Shown here piece by piece: positions 58,787 through 64,000 of a stretch of 64,000 nucleotides of DNA; position 1 is the stretch's first letter; every line of letters begins with the position of its first letter. The notes below the pieces were generated by a model. That model was not told the DNA's origin. It did not search any database and was given only the letters and a program-made list of their open reading frames with translations. Both the position numbers and the translations under genes were made by a program. This DNA is from the human T2T-CHM13v2.0 reference genome, Homo sapiens: assembly GCF_009914755.1 (NCBI RefSeq), contig NC_060927.1; one strand, given 5' to 3'.

Positions 58787-59539
58787 CAGGGTTGGCTCCA
58801 TGGGTGCACCACCAGTGAAGTCTCATAGGATGCTGCACTGGAGTGCAGCGATGCCATCAGAGATCACTGCAACCTCAAGCTCCTGGCCTCAAGAGATCCT
58901 CTTGCCTTGGCCTCCCAAAGGGCTTGGATTATAGGTATGAGGCACCGTGCCCAGCCAATAGTTTTATCTTTGAATTTGTGTTTTAAAAGTGAAGTCTTGT
59001 GGGACAATGGAGTATGGACCAGGGGCTCTTGAATGGTCCTACCTCCCTCTGTCTCCCTACAACAGGTTCTTGGCCCACCTCTCTGCCCCTGGGAGCCCCT
59101 TCTGACACCTGCTCCAAGCCCCTGGGTGGCAGCAACTGGAGGGAGAGGACAAGCCTCTTGCTCACCCCCAACCCAGGTACCTACAGGTGGCACTGAGGTC
59201 GTAATATTCTTGGGGGTTATCACCCCACCCCACCAGCAGGACATGGTACATCGGTCCAATGGCCGGTAAGAAAGGTACCGCAGCCATTGGTGGGGTATGC
59301 ACATGCCCAGAATCATGGAGCGAGGCCTCTGGATGCCTATAAAGGTCTGCATGAGCATCCCCATTCCCCAGGGAGTGGAAATTAAATAGCAGATAAAAAT
59401 TACCATAACAAGTTGAAACATGACAGAAGAAAGGAAAAAGCATTATATTTGAGTAACTTAAATCGCACTTTGTTCCTGCTCTTTGAACATGGGGCCCCAC
59501 ATTTTGCACTGGGATCCGCAAATTATATAGCTGGTCCTA
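58787..59539. mobile_element. hAT-Tip100 element (MER91/MER115/Zaphod group) carrying a minus-strand Alu monomer fragment at ~58838-58956
   Basis: Ends cagggttggctccatggg and ggggccccacattttgcactgggatccgcaaattatatagctggtcct. Confidence 0.65.
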
Positions 59540-60697
59540 GTTAGGGTTCATGCATATGAAGTTCTGTTTCAATTCCAAACCTCTCTCCTCCCACTCCTCA
59601 GCTGTGTTAGAACCTCCAAGCCTCGCTAAGTGGTGAAAACAGACAGAAAAACCCCAGGTGGCAACTACAGAGGCTGAGGAAGACCTGGGCCATTTCCCTC
59701 TCCAGCCTTGCTCTGTGCTCCTGACTTTTCTTACCAAATGAACGATGCTGACAATAGGCTCTGATGGCAACATCAGGCCCTTTCATCCTCAAATAGGCCA
59801 AACACAAGCTTGGAATAAGGCAGCCTTGTGCCTCGGAGCTGCAGATGAAAGGAGAGTGGGGTCAGAGGAGCAGCCCTCAGAGACCAGGTGTCAAAACAAA
59901 AGGAACAGCTGAAGCCAGGGGGAGAATGAAGCTGCCTGAGGAAGAAAGGGGAGCGCAGAGGTTCTAAATTAAGGAGCCAGGACATTTGTCTAGGTCTCCA
60001 TGGGAGAAAACTGCAGCTTATACCTCCAAAGGATAAGGCTGTCAGCTGGAGAAAATGGGAAATCAAAATTGTTGAAAGGCAAAGGATTAGAGTTTAAAAT
60101 GGACCTGATTTGACTATTTTTCCTGCTGTTCACAGCCCGTCTTTCTGTCCCTTGCACAGAGACAGCCCATACTCAGGGAATCTGCCTACTTGAAGAACAT
60201 GCTGGAAACTCAGGCAATCCAGATCTGGGCCAGGTTTCTCCCACAGAACTTGTGGTCCTAGAAGGCTCTCTTTTTAGAAAAAAAAAACAAGAACTAATCC
60301 TTCTCCACTGAGAATAAATAAAGGCAACAGGGTTTGTTGTTCATGATTTACAACCTGGTATCCCTGGAAAGTAGGTGATGGGGGCAGAATCATAATCTGC
60401 AAAGGCCTGAACACATTTCCCCAAGAAAAAGTCACTCAGCCTGTTTCTTAATCAGTGCAATTTGTTTGGTCAGAGCAGGCCAGTGGGGCGGTTTCTTTGT
60501 CAGCCAAGCTATAAGGGACACTACAGTATGGTTAGAAATGTAGCTACCAGAGAAAAGTCCGTTAGAGAGATTCATTCCTCTTAGGAAGAGTGAGGTATAT
60601 GATTGGAAGAAATATTTTGATGGGAGAGGGGGAGAAGGAGGCATGAGCCTGCTTCCCAAGGGTCTTGTTCATATAATACAGGTGGCCACTAAGCCTC

Positions 60698-61078
<381 letters not shown>

Positions 61079-61399
61079 TAAAGAAAACAGAGGGAGACTA
61101 GGGTGTGGCACTCAGGGCCTCTTTCCATGCCCCTCTCATACACCACACTCGGCCACTCTTAAACCTCTTAAGATCTCTTAAAATGTGAGTTCCATGTTGG
61201 GAAATGGAAGACAGGGGGTGGGGTCAGTTTTCCATGAAAACTAGGGAAAATTAGATGTGATGCAAAGACTGGGGATTTTGAAGCCAGACAGCCCCTAGCC
61301 TTGCCGCTTGCCATCTACCAACCGTGTGATCTTGAGCCAAGGTCTTCATTGATCTCTGCATCTCAGTTTCTCATCTGAATAATGAGGATGATTAGAGAC

Positions 61400-63978
61400 T
61401 TCCTTTGACATGATAAAATATCTCTAAGAAGGAAACACTAGGCCTTCCACAGAAATTAAGAATGAGAAAAAGATGCCCGCTCTCTCTCGTTGGTTAGAGG
61501 CAGTAGTCAATATGATTAGACAAGAGAAAGTACTTGGTATAAGAATTGGAAAGAAAGAGGGAAAAATTTGGTCTTTCTGGAAATCCCAGAAGGAACAATG
61601 TAAAAACTATACGACAAACAATAAGATGATTTAGTGAAGTAGCACGTTATAAAATAACATCAAAAAGCAATGCTGAGGCTGGGCATGTGGGCAAATGCCT
61701 GTAATCCAAGTACATTGTGAGGCCAAGGCAGAAGGATCACTTGAGCCTGGGAGGTTGAGGCTGCAGTGAGCCATGATTCTACAACTGCACTCCAGCCTGG
61801 GTGACAGAGCAAGACCCTGTCTCTAAAAGAAAAATAAATAAATAAATGCTGCTGGGCATGGTGGTACAAACCTGTAGTCCCAGGTATTCAAGAGGGTGAA
61901 GCAGGGGGATTGCTTGAGCCCAGGAGTTCAAGACCAGCCTGGGCAACAAAGCAAGGGCCATCTCAAAACAAATAACAAACAATGCTATTTATATATAAAC
62001 AAAAAGATAAAAGAGATGAGAAAATCTTATTTATGATAGCGTAAGATGAATCACCTCTAAACTTCAGAAATGTCCAAAGTCTATATTAGACAACAATCAA
62101 ATCTATCTGAAACACACAAAATAGTCTTGAACAAATGGAAAGAAACACCATGCACTCAAATAGACTCAATAGCATAAAGATGTCTCTTCTCCCTAAGTTA
62201 ATGTATCAATTTAATGCAATCCTAATTTTTAAAATTCCATTTTTTTTTCTAGAGTTAGATGAGTTGATTTTAAATTCCCTTTGTAAGAACAGAAAGACAA
62301 GAATGGCCAGGAAAGAAAAACTAAGAAAGAGTGGAGGGGAGGAGGCTGGGGAGGGGACCAGCAGCCCCGCCAGACATTAACATATTATAAAGTCTCTGTA
62401 ATTAAAATAGTTTAGCGTTGGCACAAAAAAGATGAGAAAACCATGGAACAGAATAGAACATTCTATAGTAAGCTCTACTGTGTTTGGAAATTGAGTATTG
62501 ATGAAGGCAGCATTTGAAACCAATAGAGGGAAGGATGGACTTTTTAATAAGTGATATTCAGACAACTAGATAGTCATAAGGAAAATAATAAAATTAGATC
62601 CATTTCTTGCTGTACCCTAGGGTCAGTTCTAAATGTATCCTAGATATAAAATCAAAAATGAAACCATACAAGTAGAAAACATAGGTGAATTCCTTTATAA
62701 CTTGGATGTGGGAAAAATTTTTCTTGTTACAATTCAAAATACAAAAGCAACAAAGGAAAATATTGATAAATTTGATTAAGAAAAATTTTAAAATGTTGCA
62801 TTTCAAAATATCACCATAAGCAAAATTAAAAGATAAATGACAAACTAGAAAAAAAAATGCAATGTAGGATACAAAAGGTTAAAATAGACCTATTTTATAC
62901 ACAGCATTTAAAATTTGAGGTTAAAAAAAGCCGATAGCACTCTTTTATTTTTAAATGTTAGAGATATGAACAGACAGTTGACACAAAAAATAGATGAAAA
63001 TGGCTCCTAATGTCTCAACTGCACTCATAATAAGAGAAATTTTTAAAATCTACCTGAGATACCACTTTTACCTATCCAATTAGCAAAACTCTAAAAGTAT
63101 GTCAAACTATTTGTTGGTGAAGCTCTAGGGAAACAGGCAAGTTTATACAGTGTTGATGGGAATAGAAAATGTTACAACCCCTATGGAGAAAAATTTGGCA
63201 ACATCTAGACAAATTATATAGGCATTTATGTATACATAATTTGACCCAGCAGTCCTGTTTCTAGGACACACTCCCAATGACACACTGGCAAAAATATGAA
63301 CAAGAAGTATGTACAAAGCTGTTCACTGCAATCCTATCTGTAATACCAAAATACTGGAAACATCCAAATACCTCCCAGGAGGGGACTCGTTGAATAAACC
63401 ATGATGCATCTGCAAAGGAACAAGAAATCGCTCTATAGCTACTATGGAGTGATGATCTCCAGGATATGTTATTGAGCTAAAAGGCAAGATGGAAAGAGTG
63501 TGTATTTCATTCTACCATCTAGCTAAGAAAAGGGAAGGATATGAATATATACATACATATGTGTTTACATTGGAAAAAATGGAATAAAACAAACCATAAG
63601 TATTTTTAAATGTTACTTATAGGAGGGTGGAGGGGAAAAAGTAGCAGGGAAAGGTAGGGCACTAGAGTTCTTCTAATTTATCTTGTTATGTGGAGATGAC
63701 TTTGGAACCATGAAAATATTTTACAGAATTGTATAACAAAAATAGATTTCAGAAAGCCAATTCTAAGAATCAAAAATAAAAAGAAACAAATGAATCCAGC
63801 TATGTACCAAGTTGATAGCATAGTCACACGAAGAAGAACTATTCCAAGTGGCTTTTTAAACCACAGGAATTTAACTGTACATTCCTAGTGGAGATGCAAA
63901 AGACAACAGAAAAAAACCCAACAATTTTTCAGTAATCACATTGGTGGTGGTAGCACTGGCACTGTTATTCTGACACTG
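61400..63978 (+). mobile_element. Old L1M(C/E) ORF2 and 3'UTR remnant
   Basis: ORF 62135-62380 (RLNSIKMSLLPKLMYQFNAI) is degenerate L1 ORF2, with collinear L1 motifs continuing to the window end. Confidence 0.8.
61677..61979 (+). mobile_element. Two tandem old Alu monomers (FRAM-like, then FLAM-like)
   Basis: 61677-61845 has a right-arm 3' end with an A tail; 61851-61979 has a left-arm 3' end with an A tail. Confidence 0.85.
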
Positions 63979-64000
63979 GTGTGTGTGTGTGTGTGTGTGT
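63979..64000. repeat. (GT)n microsatellite truncated by the window edge
   Basis: Read directly from the sequence. Confidence 0.95.

Overview
Primate, almost certainly human, genomic DNA that is mostly intronic and rich in repeats (Alu, L1, L2, MIR, ERVL/MaLR LTRs, hAT MITEs). Both recognisable genes are on the + strand. (1) The last three coding exons of TMEM108 (retrolinkin) lie at 34502-35911, 44932-45086 and 50613-50735, followed by a ~1.8 kb 3'UTR ending near 52520. The ATG exon is upstream of the window, so 1-34501 is the 3' part of a very long intron. (2) About 2.3 kb downstream is coding exon 1 of the lens beaded-filament gene BFSP2 (CP49/phakinin; 54834-55322) and the start of its intron 1. 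I see no convincing new gene system, and nearly all short ORFs are repeat or GC artefacts. The best leads are in RNA processing: a candidate recursive AG|GTAAGT splice point, a candidate poison exon 68 nt upstream of the large TMEM108 exon, inverted Alus flanking the next exon, a GC-rich hairpin island and tandem poly(A) signals in the 3'UTR, and splice-phase compatibility for a TMEM108-BFSP2 read-through. Several small retrotransposition or template-switch scars are also visible. Repeat subfamily names come from remembered consensus sequences, and repeat boundaries are approximate unless a TSD is quoted.
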